Below, one piece after another: positions 1 to 13,413 of a stretch of DNA of 64,000 nt. The DNA is taken from NCBI GenBank assembly GCA_964016885.1, contig OZ024746.1:80600001-80664000 (forward strand), in the 5' to 3' direction. The notes below the pieces were generated by a model. The model was not told the origin of the DNA. It did no database searches and worked only from the letters and a program-made list of their open reading frames with translations. Source of the stretch: Eledone cirrhosa (Eukaryota). Each line of letters begins with the position of its first letter. Position 1 is the first letter of the stretch. The position numbers were made by a program, and so were the translations under genes.

Positions 1-1161
1 CACTCATTTCCTAAACTATTGGAATTAACCCTCCACCTAACCTCCTTGTTTCTTTTTTTTCTTCTTTGCTTTGTCATATTTTATTTAAACTTTCTTCCCA
101 AGATTTGCAAGAAAGTGGCTTGTAGACTAAGGACTGGAAATTAATTCCAATATCTTTGTTCTTGTTGTAATTTGAGAAATGTTATGTCATCATTCAGTGA
201 AACCTGTCAGAAACCAGCAACCAGCAGATAGTATCAGTAATGAAAAGACAAATGAAAACACAGCTTCCTTCATCTGATTTGATGATCAGCTTTTTTCATT
301 TTTTTTTTTCACTGACACCTTTCCAATGAAGGAAAGATTTCTTTAATGAAGACTTCACTCTTGATGTTTAGTTTAGGGAGTCTCGGTAAAATGTAACCCT
401 CCCCCCCCCCCTCAATATTTACCCCAAAGTTGCATACAAAAACAATAAAACACCGGAAAAAAAAATATATATATATATATTATTAATATTACTTTCAAAG
501 GGTGTCATGAATGATACAAAATCAAACATATGTCTTGTCTCTAAAAATAGCTCTAGATAGAATTCAGAGAGTAAAATCAAGCCTTAATCATTATAAGAAA
601 GTGATTGAAATATATTCATACACAGATAAGTGTGCACTAAGACATATCAAAATATTGAACTAGAGACAATCTACACTGAAAGTAAGACTACATAATTCGT
701 TGAGTATCTTATTAAATCTAATAAAAAATTTAAAACAAAATACCTGATAACGATCAATTATATTTCCCTCGTATGTATTCTCCACAAAATCAGAATACAT
801 TTCACCAAATAACGGCGAAATTAGATATTTTGAAACGGACCATCAGTGAGGGAATTTCAAAATCATCTAATCTCACTCAATGCAGGGTTGAAATTGGCTA
901 AATGCACATGGCATCAACACATGAATTTTAGCACTCACAACGGCATGAAGGGTTCTCGTTCTTGATTATTGCTTCTTAATAGAAACTTAGTGGATAGACT
1001 TTTAAAAAATTTGACTGTAAAGTGTTAAATATTTTTCAACTTAAAAATAGAGAAAATAAAGCAAAACTAAGAAAATAAAATACATTTTATTTTGCCTCAC
1101 TTTCTTTTGTATGGAAATGAATTTGTTGCCACAGTCCACATTGTTTGCACTTTCTTTTTGT

Positions 1162-1212
<51 letters not shown>

Positions 1213-1250
1213 TTGTGTGTGTGTATATGTGTGTGTATATATATATATAT

Positions 1251-1673
1251 CGAGATCTTTGGCGCTACGCAGTAATACAGAAGGCCCGTCTTACCTAAGT
1301 ACAAAGCGAAACCTACAGTCAGTAGGCACCTCCTAACCAAAAATACACCCCAACCCCACTACCCTTACCCCCACCCCCATCTACACCTAAAGTTATGTTG
1401 GTGCCACAACATCCAGTCCTAAATAAATGAGGTCGTGTAGGTGTCACGACAAAAAAACAGTCCACGCTGTAATGTGGCCGTGTAGGTAACACAGTAAAAA
1501 CCTCCCAGTCCACACTGTAAACGTGGTTGGTGTTAGGAAGGGCATCCAGCTGTAGAAAACCCGCCAGACAGTCCTACATGAGCAAGACAACCAATCTTGC
1601 GTCACGTGGGACAATTCCCGTCTAAACCCATGCTAGCGTGGAAGATAGACGTTAAACGACGATGATGATGATG
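1251..1673 (+). mobile_element. 3' end of the same RTE LINE family, inside a (TA/TG)n microsatellite
   Basis: Colinear and highly similar to 10163-10557; ends in gacgttaaacgac(gat)n. Confidence 0.9.
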
Positions 1674-1712
1674 GTATGTGTGTGTGTATAGATATATGCA
1701 TGTGTATATATA

Positions 1713-1761
<49 letters not shown>

Positions 1762-1903
1762 TCACACACATCTTACAACTGCCTTCCATGCTGGCATGGG
1801 TTGGACAGATTGCAACAGTCCAGGACTAGACAGGTCTAATGCTTCATCTTAGTCATATGTTCCATATTTGGCATGGACTCTCTCTTTTTCCCTATCTCTC
1901 TAT

Positions 1904-1905
<2 letters not shown>

Positions 1906-1995
<90 letters not shown>

Positions 1996-2022
1996 TCACA
2001 TACACACACACATACACACACA
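1906..2022. repeat. (CA)n microsatellite
   Basis: Direct inspection. Others include (CT)n 7807-7870, (TG)n 20970-21030 and (TA)n at about 5699, 13340, 27527 and 46615. Confidence 0.97.
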
Positions 2023-2306
2023 CGTGTATGCAGACGTATAAGCAATATTATTACATATGAATTATTATTAGACTGGTCTGATAATTTAATGTTGTTAATT
2101 GCAAGAATACTCACTCATGCACTCACACAGATGAAAATATAAATATCATTTTCAGTTCGTATTACTTCTTTCTCTCCCCTCTTATACCCACCTACCTACT
2201 TATTCTCCATTCCTTTCACTTGAATCTCCTTATTCTCTCTCTCTTGACAAATATGTATGCAGAGATATTGCCACTGGCAAATTGCAGAAGATTTATTAAC
2301 CATGCA

Positions 2307-2349
<43 letters not shown>

Positions 2350-3751
2350 TGCTTGTCATATTCTTTCTTCCTGTCTTCTTTTTACTGCACCCCCTCTCTC
2401 TCTCTCTGTCTCTATATATCTCTATTTATCTATCTCCTTCATCTGTAGATTTTATCATCTTGAACACAAAAAGGCTTGTTAAGCCTGAAGCAGTGGTGGC
2501 ACTCAGGCTGCAACTTGTTGAGGGCTCTCCAACCATTGCTTGAATGGTGTAAACCACTAGTCTGCTTGATTGACCAGCTCTGCTAGTATTTTGTATAAGT
2601 GGCTGTTTCCAGCTGCCTATTATGGTAGTGGACAGGCTCCTATTTACTGTTGTTGCCTGTCACTGCCTCTTCAACCAGTTTTACTTCAACTGTTTTTGGA
2701 CCACTGCCAATAGGAAGAAGGGATTGAAGAATCTAGTGCCGGCAAAAGAGGCACTTTTGTCACCAAGTAGCTAGTTTAACAATTGTCCGACAATATTCAT
2801 TGGAATGCTTTCAGACAAATACAGTTCTTTGGTGAAAATCTTGGAAGATCTGCAAGAAATTGGTTTTACAGAGCTATTGGTTGTCGATTCCACAAAGTAA
2901 TTCTTACAGCTTTTCAACATTTCTAAGTAGCTTTTTCTTCAACAAGGTTCTTCATAATAATGTATTTCATATATATATATTCTAGAATTATCTGAAGGAT
3001 ATCTTTAATAAAATCACTGTCCATCCTTTTCTGCAAACAGGCTCAAGATATTGATCAAAAGAAAATATTTTTTCTTTTCTTCTTTTCTATTTTGATTTTT
3101 ACTTCAATTACTTTATGGCTAATTCTAAATTATTTGTCAAATATCCCCCCACTCGAGAAAGTTTGCTTTGTAGGATTTGTAGTAGTAGCTTGTCTTTGTT
3201 GTGCGTGTTAGTACTGTGCCAGATAGCAGGGATGCTTTGCAGTGTGCCACTCATGGATTGTTGCTAAGTTATTATCGTATTTATTCATCATGGCTTACTG
3301 TTTACATCATGAGGTAGTGGGTTCAATTCTTAAACTGGATGCTGTGTTGTATTCTTGAGCAAGGCACTTCATTTTTCTTTGCTTTTCATGGTAGGACTGG
3401 GGGCTTATCATTAAACCTTTTGTAACTATATTTCTAATGAAACACACTATTTCCATTTTTTTTAATTTGAGGAAATTACTAAAATTATTCCATTGTTAAG
3501 ATTGCATCTTAATAGAATATTCCTTCTATATAATGTTAAATAGAAACCCTTTAAAATGATTGTGTTTTATAGAAATCAGAGCTGGTTTTGGGTGGGTTTA
3601 TTTCATAGGGTTAAAACAACAAAGAAAATATGACATATAAGCTTGTCGGAAGCCAGCTAAACCTACATATTTGTGAGGTGTAAATTTCAATTTCATCAAT
3701 TATGGTGAGTTGGTAGAGCATCAGATAAAATGCCATTATGTTATTTATTCT

Positions 3752-3941
3752 AGGGCGGTGGATTGGCAGTATCGGTAGAGAGTCGGACACCATGCTTTGA
3801 AGCATAGAGTTACGTCCCTTTATGATCTGAGTTCAAATCCCGCCGAGGTTAACTTTGCCTTTCATCCTTACAGGGTCGATAAAATAAAGTACCAGTAATG
3901 TACTGGGTAATTGCTGGCCTTGTGCCTAAAATAGAAACAAT
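3752..3941 (+). mobile_element. SINE family A, young copy nested in an older copy (about 3703-4100)
   Basis: A-box-like tggcagtatcggtaga, B-box-like gagttcaaatccc, core gcctttcatccttacagggtcgataaaataaagtaccag. 13-bp TSD TGTTATTTATTCT at 3739-3751 and 3942-3954. Confidence 0.9.
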
Positions 3942-4603
3942 TGTTATTTATTCTGGCTTTTTACAGTCTTAGTTCAGATCCTGTTGAGGTCAGCTTTGCC
4001 TTTCATCTTTCCGAGATCAATAAAATAGAGCACCAGTTACTTGCATTGATATAATCGATAACCCCCCCCCAAAAAAAAAAATTGCTGGTCTTGTGCCAAT
4101 GTGTATATTTATATGGTGTATCTGTTCTTTATTAGTGTAAATAAATCAGCCAAGGTTTAAAAACAGATTCATTAGTAATTTTTTCTCCTACAGGCCAGCA
4201 CTATACAACCCCACATATCAATACTACTTTTTGACATATGCAAATATTTACATGCACACACACTATAATACATAAGCAAAAAGTGTTTTAAGTCAATTTT
4301 CCCAGCTGAAGCATGGACTTTCTCCATTTTGCCCTATCACCTGCATTTTTTCCTCTATCTATATATAGATGTGATCCTTAAATATCACTTTAAATCCATG
4401 TGTTGACATTTGAAATACACTGATTTACATGCACACAACAGCATTCCCTGCAGCTACCTACTTGAAACTGCAGTATGCTTTTTCACCAAGGTACCTTAAA
4501 TATCATCAACATGTTTTGGTATTACGTTTTTTTGTCTTTTCAAACATCTAACAATATCATGTCCCTTAATTCCTCTCCTTTTTTGTTCATGCTCTTCATA
4601 TAT

Positions 4604-4906
4604 ATCATCATTTCATTTTACGTCCGCTTTTTCCCTGCTTGATTCTGGCTTGATTTCTACAGCTGGATGCCCAACCTCATTTACAGTGAGTGGTGCGTGG
4701 TTTTTTGCCGTGGCACCTCCACGACCACTTTGCAGTGGAATGATATAGACCCCAGTCCCTATCATCTCATTTCTACAGCTGAGTAAACTGGAGCAATGTG
4801 AAATAAAAAGTGTCTTGCTCAAGGAAACAACACATCATCCGGTTTGAGAATTGAACTCACAACCTTTCGATTGCAAGGCCAATGCTCTAATCACTAAGCC
4901 ATGTGC

Positions 4907-4909
<3 letters not shown>
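4604..4909 (-). mobile_element. tRNA-headed SINE (family B) with an RTE-LINE-derived 3' tail
   Basis: Minus strand: A-box-like tggcttagtgattaga, B-box-like gagttcaattct, body ccttgagcaagacactt, then gggcatccagctgtagaaa...ggacgtaaaat..gatgat matching the LINE 3' end. Related heads near 3290, 6905-7030, 17790, 18740, 31160, 49705, 55340 and 58040. Confidence 0.75.
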
Positions 4910-4944
<35 letters not shown>

Positions 4945-5697
4945 TCTGCATGTATGTGCGTAGGTGTGGGTGTATATATATATGTGTGAATATGTCTATA
5001 TATGTATATTGTATGTGTGCATGCACACACACACACACACGTTTCACCCAAAGTTTTCTGCTCACACCTTCATAAACTCCATGTTTTGTTTTTAATTTAT
5101 TTTTTTTTTTTTATTGCTTTGTAAAAAAGAATCTTTCATTCAGTGCTTTACCCCCACTCCCACACAAAAAAAAAAAACATGAAAGAAATTAAAAGCCTTA
5201 TGCAATAGGAAAATGTTTCCACAGAACACCGTACCTTATTTTCCTTCCCTTTTCTTACTTAAATTTTTTTCCCCCAATTATCAAGCTGTCTTTAAGGTTT
5301 GAAATAGGTTTTGAATCGAAGAACTATAGCATTAAGTTGATGGCTATTAAAAGTAGAAATTGTACAGTAGCTAATAGCAATCTCACTGCTGTTTCTTTTG
5401 TCTGCAAGGTGATGCCAGTAAGTGAAGGTATGGGGAAAGAGAAAAAAAAAAAAAGCACTTCCATACTTTTATCATACTTGTTCTTATTTTTTTCTTTGTC
5501 GCTGCATATGTTATTTAGTCTTTTTCTTCATTATCGTTGTATGCGTGTGTATAAATGTGTGCATGTGTATAGCAAGTCAAAGCAACATTTTTTTCTGATT
5601 TAAACAAGCTTTTGATGACAACTGCTTGCATATATTTTTTAAGGCAGTTTTGTGTGTGTATATATATATATACACATATATATATATACACACAAAG

Positions 5698-5763
<66 letters not shown>

Positions 5764-7123
5764 ATGTCACAAGGTGTGCATGTACATACATGCGATTGCA
5801 GGCAGTTATTATATTCCACTTTCAACAACCACATCCTTCAAATTGCCTTGCCTACCAGTTTTAATGGCCTTACAAACCCAATCAAAGAAAATCAGACTCC
5901 ACATTCATAATTATTTCTTCCAAGTAGTTGTAAGAAATAAGAGGAAAAAAATTATTTGAGGTTGTCTGCATCTGCCTTTCCCGCCCTCCTTTTCTCCTTC
6001 CATACCACATATATCAATTACTGCTGCTGGCTGAAGTATCATGTTATGTCATGCTCCCTACCACCTCTAGTTAAGTCATTATAGGTGATGCTTTTATTGT
6101 TGTTTTGAAGAGATTTCATTCATTGTCATCCTATATTTTTTTACCTATGTGCAGAGAATCTAGGACCCTATTCATTATCCGATAAGCCCTTTTTGAGACC
6201 GCCCCTCTCCTGAAAAAAGCCCTAGTTTTATGATACAAGGTTGTTCATTTCATGCAAAATCCTTTGTTTTAAACACTGACATAAAAATGAAAAAGTTAAT
6301 TATATTAAATCACTCCAAATTCTTGATATTTTAAATGATTTCAATATTATAGGTAGTTCCCTTCATTAGAAATATGACAGCAAAAGGATTAAGATAGTAC
6401 GTTCATGATTTGCAGGAGATTTTGCTATTATTTGTAGATCAAGAAACCACACATACACACACGTACATCCCTCATGATGTTAGGAAAATTTGGTTGGTTA
6501 CTATTCCTAGTACTATATTCTTCTATGTATTGTGTAAATCCATTTGTAACGAGAAAAATGTCTGGGGAAGCACTGGAAACGTTTATAGTTAACTTGTCTT
6601 GTTTGAGGTTGTGTTATAATGGTTTGCTGTTTTGTATATCTGTACGAAATGAGAGTAACACCCAAGGTTTTCACCAGGTGTAATTCTGAACTACTAATGA
6701 GACTCCGTACACGCAGTCTACCTGACAGTTCACTTCAGTTATTTATAGGCTTTTCACCTAGTCCACTTATAGTTACGTGGGATATTCAGGGTTTTTGTCC
6801 CACAAGGGGTTGTAATGATTGGTGGCGTTGATTAACAGCTGGTTAAGTATTTACACTAACACCAACTGTGCACCTATTAAAAAAAACAAAAAGACTTTTC
6901 AGCTGAGGATACTGGAGCAACATGAAATGAAGTGTTTTGCTCAAGAACACAGCAACCAACCTAGTCCAGGAATCAAACCCACAACATTATGATTGTAAGT
7001 CCAATACCCTTACCACTAGGCCACACACCTCCACAAGATGCTCTCACATTGACTTGTATGATTTGAAGAGGCTCCCTTATTTACTTGTTGTATTGTTTGG
7101 CTGTTATTACTAGTAGCTTGAAC

Positions 7124-7322
7124 AGTGGATTAGCACTATAGTGTCAGACACCATGCTTTGCAGCATAGTTACGACCCTTTACATCCTGAGTTCAAATCCC
7201 GTTGAGGTTAGCTTTGCCTTTCATCCTTACAGGATCGATAAAATAAAGTACCAGTAATGCACTTGGGTCGATTTAATTGACTTTCTCTTAAATGGTTGGC
7301 CTTGTGCCTAAATCAGAAACCC
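7124..7322 (+). mobile_element. SINE family A copy with a 20-bp TSD
   Basis: Same core; TSD TTATTACTAGTAGCTTGAAC at 7104-7123 and 7323-7342. Confidence 0.9.
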
Positions 7323-7803
7323 TTATTACTAGTAGCTTGAACGACTATTTAGATTCTCCCTTGTTTGAGGTTGTACTGATGAGAGGCATTGGTTTAATGT
7401 CTGGTTAATTATTTACACTAAAGCAAACTGTGCACCTATTTCAAAAATGAACAATAATGATAATAATAATAGTTGTTGCTTTATGAAACATTTGTTTTTG
7501 TCACAACCAACCCAATTAAAATAGAATAACTCTTACTTTTGAAGTGCTGAGCTGTCTTTTAATGTCCCCTGGTTCTGACTATAAAATCTTGGAGCTTTTT
7601 GTTTTTTATTTTGCTGTTGAAACAGTTGAATTAACTAAAATAATGAATACATATGGTCCTTTATGTTGTTTTTATATTGTTTTATCTTTCTTTTTATCAT
7701 TCTTTTTTTTTTTTTTGTTTCAAAAACTAATTCTGAACAGAGTTGCCATGGTTCTTCATAGATTTGGTGCCATTACCATAATTATAGTTTTCTCTGAATG
7801 TCT

Positions 7804-7875
<72 letters not shown>

Positions 7876-9241
7876 CCCACCTCTCTTTTCCCCCACCTCT
7901 CTCTCTTTATTCCTCGCCCACCACCCCTCTCTCTTTGAATGTCTCTCACTCTTCATTAAATGCACCAATCTGTCTAATCGGAGAATTATCTCCAAACTAG
8001 AATTGCAGCATTTATATTTCTGTAAATAGAAATATATTTTAAAATGATATAGACAACCTCTCCTTGTCCCCCACCCTAACCCAACTTTCAGTATGTCTTA
8101 ATCAGTTGCAAAATGATAGTCGTCTAACCCTAACCCTCCTCTTTCCCCCTCTCTCTCCACACACAGACACACGCACACAAATTCTTTGCGTATTAGTAAA
8201 AGTTGGTAAAAGCAGCTTTAGACAGGACTTTGAATCAGTTCAGTCTCAGTTAACTGTGCTTTTCAGAAGTCAACAGTTAAGTAATGATGATAACACTACT
8301 TTCTCTTTTCCTGGGGATAATGACCCTGTATTTTAAGGGAAAGGCCAATGACTTACAAGCTGGACCTCTTAAATTTAGCACTCTATTGTCTAGTTCATTT
8401 TGGAATCTTTACACCTGCTCCCCCTTAACATCAATATGATACAATATCGAATTAAATAACAATAGTGAGTTTAAATACAACAAATATATGATAAAGAATA
8501 CTCAATCATTGATACAAGCTTGGATGGTGTGAGAGAATGCTCTGTGGTGTACAGAACCACAGGGACAAGCTACCCTGTAGTCCCATTGGACAGAATGGAG
8601 AAAACCCCAGAGGAGGGCGATGGAGATTTGTTGAAATAGCCATTCTATCACATGGAGCTCAATCCTGCAGGTGACCAACTCCTCCTCCTTATCCCTACCA
8701 CCATCATTATTATCATTTAACATCCATTCTTTCATGCTGACATAAGTTGTACTGTTAATGAATGTGAGAAAACTGAAAACAGTAGAAAAAGAACAGTGTT
8801 AATACAAAACATATCTTGTATGGAAGCATTATTAGTTGTATATTTCCCTGTTTTAAGCTTTCTTCTAGCCTTGACAAGATGCGATAAGTGGAAGGAGATT
8901 GAAAGACTTTTGCATAGAGGCTTCTTCAGTTTGTTTTCTTTGATTTTCCGGGATCAGGCAATGCCCTGGTCCCAAGATCAATGGATTTGGACAGCATTAG
9001 CATTGCGGAGAGGGAGACAAGTATGCATGGGTGACTACTGGTCTTTTACAAAACACCCTATCTAGCTTTGTGCCTTGGAGAGGAAAATCCATGGTCAATC
9101 ATGTACCTACTTTCCTTTCTCTTCTCCTTGTGCTACACTACTATCTACTCTTCTCCCCTCATAGTATAAAGATGTTTCTTTTCAATCTATAAACAAAATG
9201 AGACATTGGAGATATTTGTTGCTTTCTTATAAGCATTTCAT

Positions 9242-10557
9242 AGGGAATTCCTATACGCAGATGATCTAACGCTCATAGCTGAATCAATGGCTGAACTAGA
9301 GAAGAAATTCCAAACATGGAAGCATGGCCTAGAATCAAAAGGCCTTAAAATTAACCTGTCTAAGACTAAAGTTCTAGTTTGTAGGAAGGAAAATAGGGCA
9401 CCGGTCCCATCTGGGAAATGGCCATGATCAGTGTGTAGGAAAGGAGTAGGCAGAAACTCCATTTTATGTCCCAAATGCAAAGTATGGGTGCATAAAAGAT
9501 GTAGTGGGATCACAGGTAAGCTAACTAAGAATATAGATTTTATATGTGGCCAGTGCTCAGGTGCAATAAGTAGCAGCAAGTGCCCACAGAATACTAGCTC
9601 ATTCCATTGCACAGATGGTTCTATAGAAATAGTGGACACCTTCCGTTAGTTGGGTGACAAAATCAGCAGTGGTGGAGGGTGCTCTGAAAGTACAGTAGCT
9701 AGAGTCAGAACGGAATGGAAAAAGTTCAGAGAGCTTATACCACTATTGGCCGCTAAAGGGTTCTCTCTAAAAATGAAAGGCAGGCTGTATGATGCCTGCA
9801 TACGAACAGCAATGTTACATGGGAGTGAGACTTGGGCATTGTGTGCAGAGGATATACACAGACTGGAGAGGAACGAAGCTTGCATGCTCCGCTGGATGTG
9901 TAATAATAATAGACGTTAACGGCAAAGCATAAATGAACTAAGGGAGAAATTAGGAATAAGAGGGATCAGTTGTTGTTTACTCGAGAGAAGACTACATTGG
10001 TACGGTCACGTGATGCGCATGAAAGACGACAGCTGTATAAAAAAGTGTAGGGCGATAAAAATAGACGGTAGCCACGGAGTAGGCAGACCCAGAAAAACAT
10101 GGGACGACTTGATAAATTCCGACCTCACACACTTACACCTCTCCAAGACAATGTCACTGGACCGAGATCTTTGGCGCTACACAGTAATACAGAAGACCCG
10201 CCTTGCCTAAGTACAAAGTGAAACCTACAGCCAGTAGGCACCTCTTAACAAAAATACACCCCCGTTCCACTACCCCCACCCCTTTCGATGTAAAGTTATG
10301 TTGATACCACAACATCCAGTCCGAAATAAATGAGGTCGTGTAGGTGTCAACAAAAAAAAAAAGTCCACGCTGTAATGTGGCCGTGTAGGTAACACGGTAA
10401 AAACCTCCCAGTCCACACTGTAAACGTGGTTGGTATTAGGAAGGGCATCCAGCCGTAAAAAAAACCGCCAGACAACCAATCTTGCCCCAGTGGGAAAATT
10501 CCCGTCCAAACCCATGCAAGCGTGGAAGATGGACGTTAAACGATGATGATGATGATG
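9242..10557 (+). mobile_element. 5'-truncated RTE-clade LINE: RT C-terminal half with a PHD-like finger, 3' UTR and (GAT)n tail; inactive
   Basis: One reading frame 9242-10210 with FLYADDL, GLKINLSKTK, R.AMLHGSETW, RRLHWYGHV.RM and GRPRKTW. Three in-frame stops (9425, 9647, 9917). (GAT)n tail. Candidate TSD ATTTCAT at 9235-9241 and 10558-10564. Confidence 0.93.
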
Positions 10558-12122
10558 ATTTCATGTTGGAGAGGAATAGTTTGACATTAATCTAACATCA
10601 AGCAGACAATCAAATTAAAAAATCATGTTTTGCAAAAGAATATTTTCTGATATGTAGTTTGAAGTGTCTAAACAAGAATAAGTGAGCACTGATTAGCAAA
10701 GAACACGAGAAGTTGATAGTTAACACTTCACAGTAACAATGATAAGCAGAAAATGTTTAAAAACAGATTTGTTCATTCAAATGCTTATAGTATTTTGCTT
10801 ATGGAAAAATTACAGTATTGAGACAAAGACTTAAATTTGTAACATGATACAGTCAATTATACTAAAGCTATTGTTCGATATGCATGGTTGATAATTCACA
10901 TAATAATTAGAGCTCATTGCTGTTTTGTATTTATCTAAAATATCTTGCTGCTGTGTTTTCATATAGTACATAATGTTAAGAATTAGTTTTCACCTTCACT
11001 GGCATGGCTACCAGCATCATAAACAGTAGTAACTCTGGGATCTCTGAACACTTTCAACTCTTCAAATATTTTCTCTGATTCTCTGGAAGAAATTGGCTGT
11101 GTTCAGACTTGGAAACAGATAAGCTCCAATAGGTTTATAAATGTCAAGAAGATGCTCCTATGACTTCATCAAGAGTTATTGTACCCATGCAAACAATATT
11201 CTGCCCATTAGTGATATAGTGAATCAAGATTGTGCATTTTTTTTTTTTTTTTTTTTTAACCATATAAGGGAAATTTGGACAAATGTGAATTTTAAAGTAT
11301 TTTGTGGAGGCCAATAATTATAGAAAATCAATCTTTGACTCACTTATTCTCAGTAAATTTTATTAATTGTATTTTTTTTAGTATGTTTCCCATAAATGAT
11401 ACAGCATTGTAGGGAGGCTAGCTAAAGTTACATAGGAGTGAGCTGTAACAATAATATATTCCTATCATTTTAATTTCCTGTCCCTTTTCCCACGAATTGC
11501 AGGTCCTTAGGTTTTACTGTTAAGTAATATTCTAAATGCTAAAATAATCAGTTGTGAAGAGGTAAGGAGTAAATTGGAGTAAATACACAATTCAATAGTT
11601 CTAGAAAGATTTGCAGTCATGGTTTTTTAATCTAAGCAAGCACCAAGTTTGAAAAATGGTTGGCTTTATATATGTTAAAAGATAAACATATTTTTCTAAA
11701 TATTGTTTAACCCCAGCTTTGTCCCAATTGAACACACTCAAAAACAAAGGCTATGACTTTTTTTTTTTATAGATTTGGTGTATTTAGGACTATATCATCC
11801 AATGCATTTTTCCTTTCTTAAAATAGTAGGGGTGTGGTATGAGGAAAATTTGATTGTTCTTTCTAGCAGGCTGGTTGAGGAGTGACCATGTATAGGCAGG
11901 CTCCTTTAGCATTGAAATGTTGTTTAGCCTCTAGGCCAGACTGATGGAGCAGGCCTAAATCAAACCATCTCTTCCTTTTTCGTCCTCTATAAATAGTGGA
12001 TCCTGCCCTACTTACCTATGATGTACCTCTCTCTCTCTGTAGATGATAAATTATGGAGGGAAATTTGTAAATATTTCTAGCAAGTTAAATGGCCATATAG
12101 AAGGTTCCTTCATTGACCTATC

Positions 12123-12332
12123 TTAAACCCTTTAGTATTTAAACTGGCCGTATCTGGCCAGAATTCTCTCAGCTCTTTCAGTTCAAACTGGCTGTAACTG
12201 GCCATTCATACTGATGTTAAGGTATTGCTCTCAAAATAAATATCAAAATCTCGTAGATTCGATATTATGTGAGGTAAAGCCTTTACCATGAAAATATAAT
12301 AGTAAATATAAATGTAAATGCTAAAGGGTTAA
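12123..12332 (-). mobile_element. piggyBac-like MITE family 1 (about 200 bp)
   Basis: Terminal inverted repeats ccctttagtattta...taaatgctaaaggg with TTAA-type flanks; four copies in the window. Confidence 0.8.
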
Positions 12333-13331
12333 AGACAAATGGATTTTTAAATGCCATTGCTGCTCGGTGAGCAGAAAACGTCACATGCAATATAAGGATA
12401 TGTGACGAGAGATGATAGTTGAGTGATTTAACCAGTGAACCATTGCAGAGGAATTATTATTTGTACTGTGTTCAAATAAAAAATAAATAGTTGCAATAAT
12501 TACTTATTGCTTTAATGTCATTTTATCTTGTGATAGCTTCATGTTGTTGTTTGTCTTGTATCTAGTTTTATAGGATTTGCAATGCAGTTAGATATGCTAT
12601 TATAGATATATATATATATATATATATAAGAAGAAAAAGAAATAAGAATCCAATAAAGAGGGGGGAGGCACAGAACAACACAGCTAATCTATAATTGGAT
12701 GTGGTGGTGGTGCTATAGATAAATAGATAGGGGGTGGTGGTTTAGAGAAATCTAAGATGTTTCTTTTAGAAAGAAAGATGTGTGTGCATTGATCTTTTTT
12801 TCTATTTTTCTTTCTTTTTCTTTCCCTCCTATTCTTTTTCTTGTTTTTGTGTCTTGATCAATTCCTGTTATATCAGCAAACCCCATGCCATTTGTGTAAG
12901 ACATAAGTATGTATGTATATATGCATAGTTAGTGTGTGTGTGTTTGTATATGCATGTATGTACATAGGCACAGTGTGGGAAGGCAAAACAAAAAACAAAA
13001 CAAAAAAACTAATCCATTTTGTAATGTTGGAATATTTGGCATGTCAACAATACCCCACCTCCCCTCCTCCCACTGCTGTCTAATTCAAGTTTTCTGCCCT
13101 TTTATTGTGTAACCCTCTCTTCAGCATTATTGTTACAGCTGTTGTCTAGGTGGTGGTGGCAGAGGTGGTGAAGCTGGTGATGCTATTGGCAAACACATGC
13201 ACACACACTATTATAATATAAAACACTAATGGCTACCATATTGATTGCAATCTTCTCTCCACCTAAATGTCCATTGTTTTCCTTCCACTTCCTCCTCTCC
13301 CATTAGGCAGCCACATACACATATATGTGTA

Positions 13332-13413
<82 letters not shown>

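Noticed and set aside
3752-3845. tRNA genes suggested by A/B-box motifs
   Set aside because: They are SINE heads: multi-copy, with TSDs and no complete cloverleaf.
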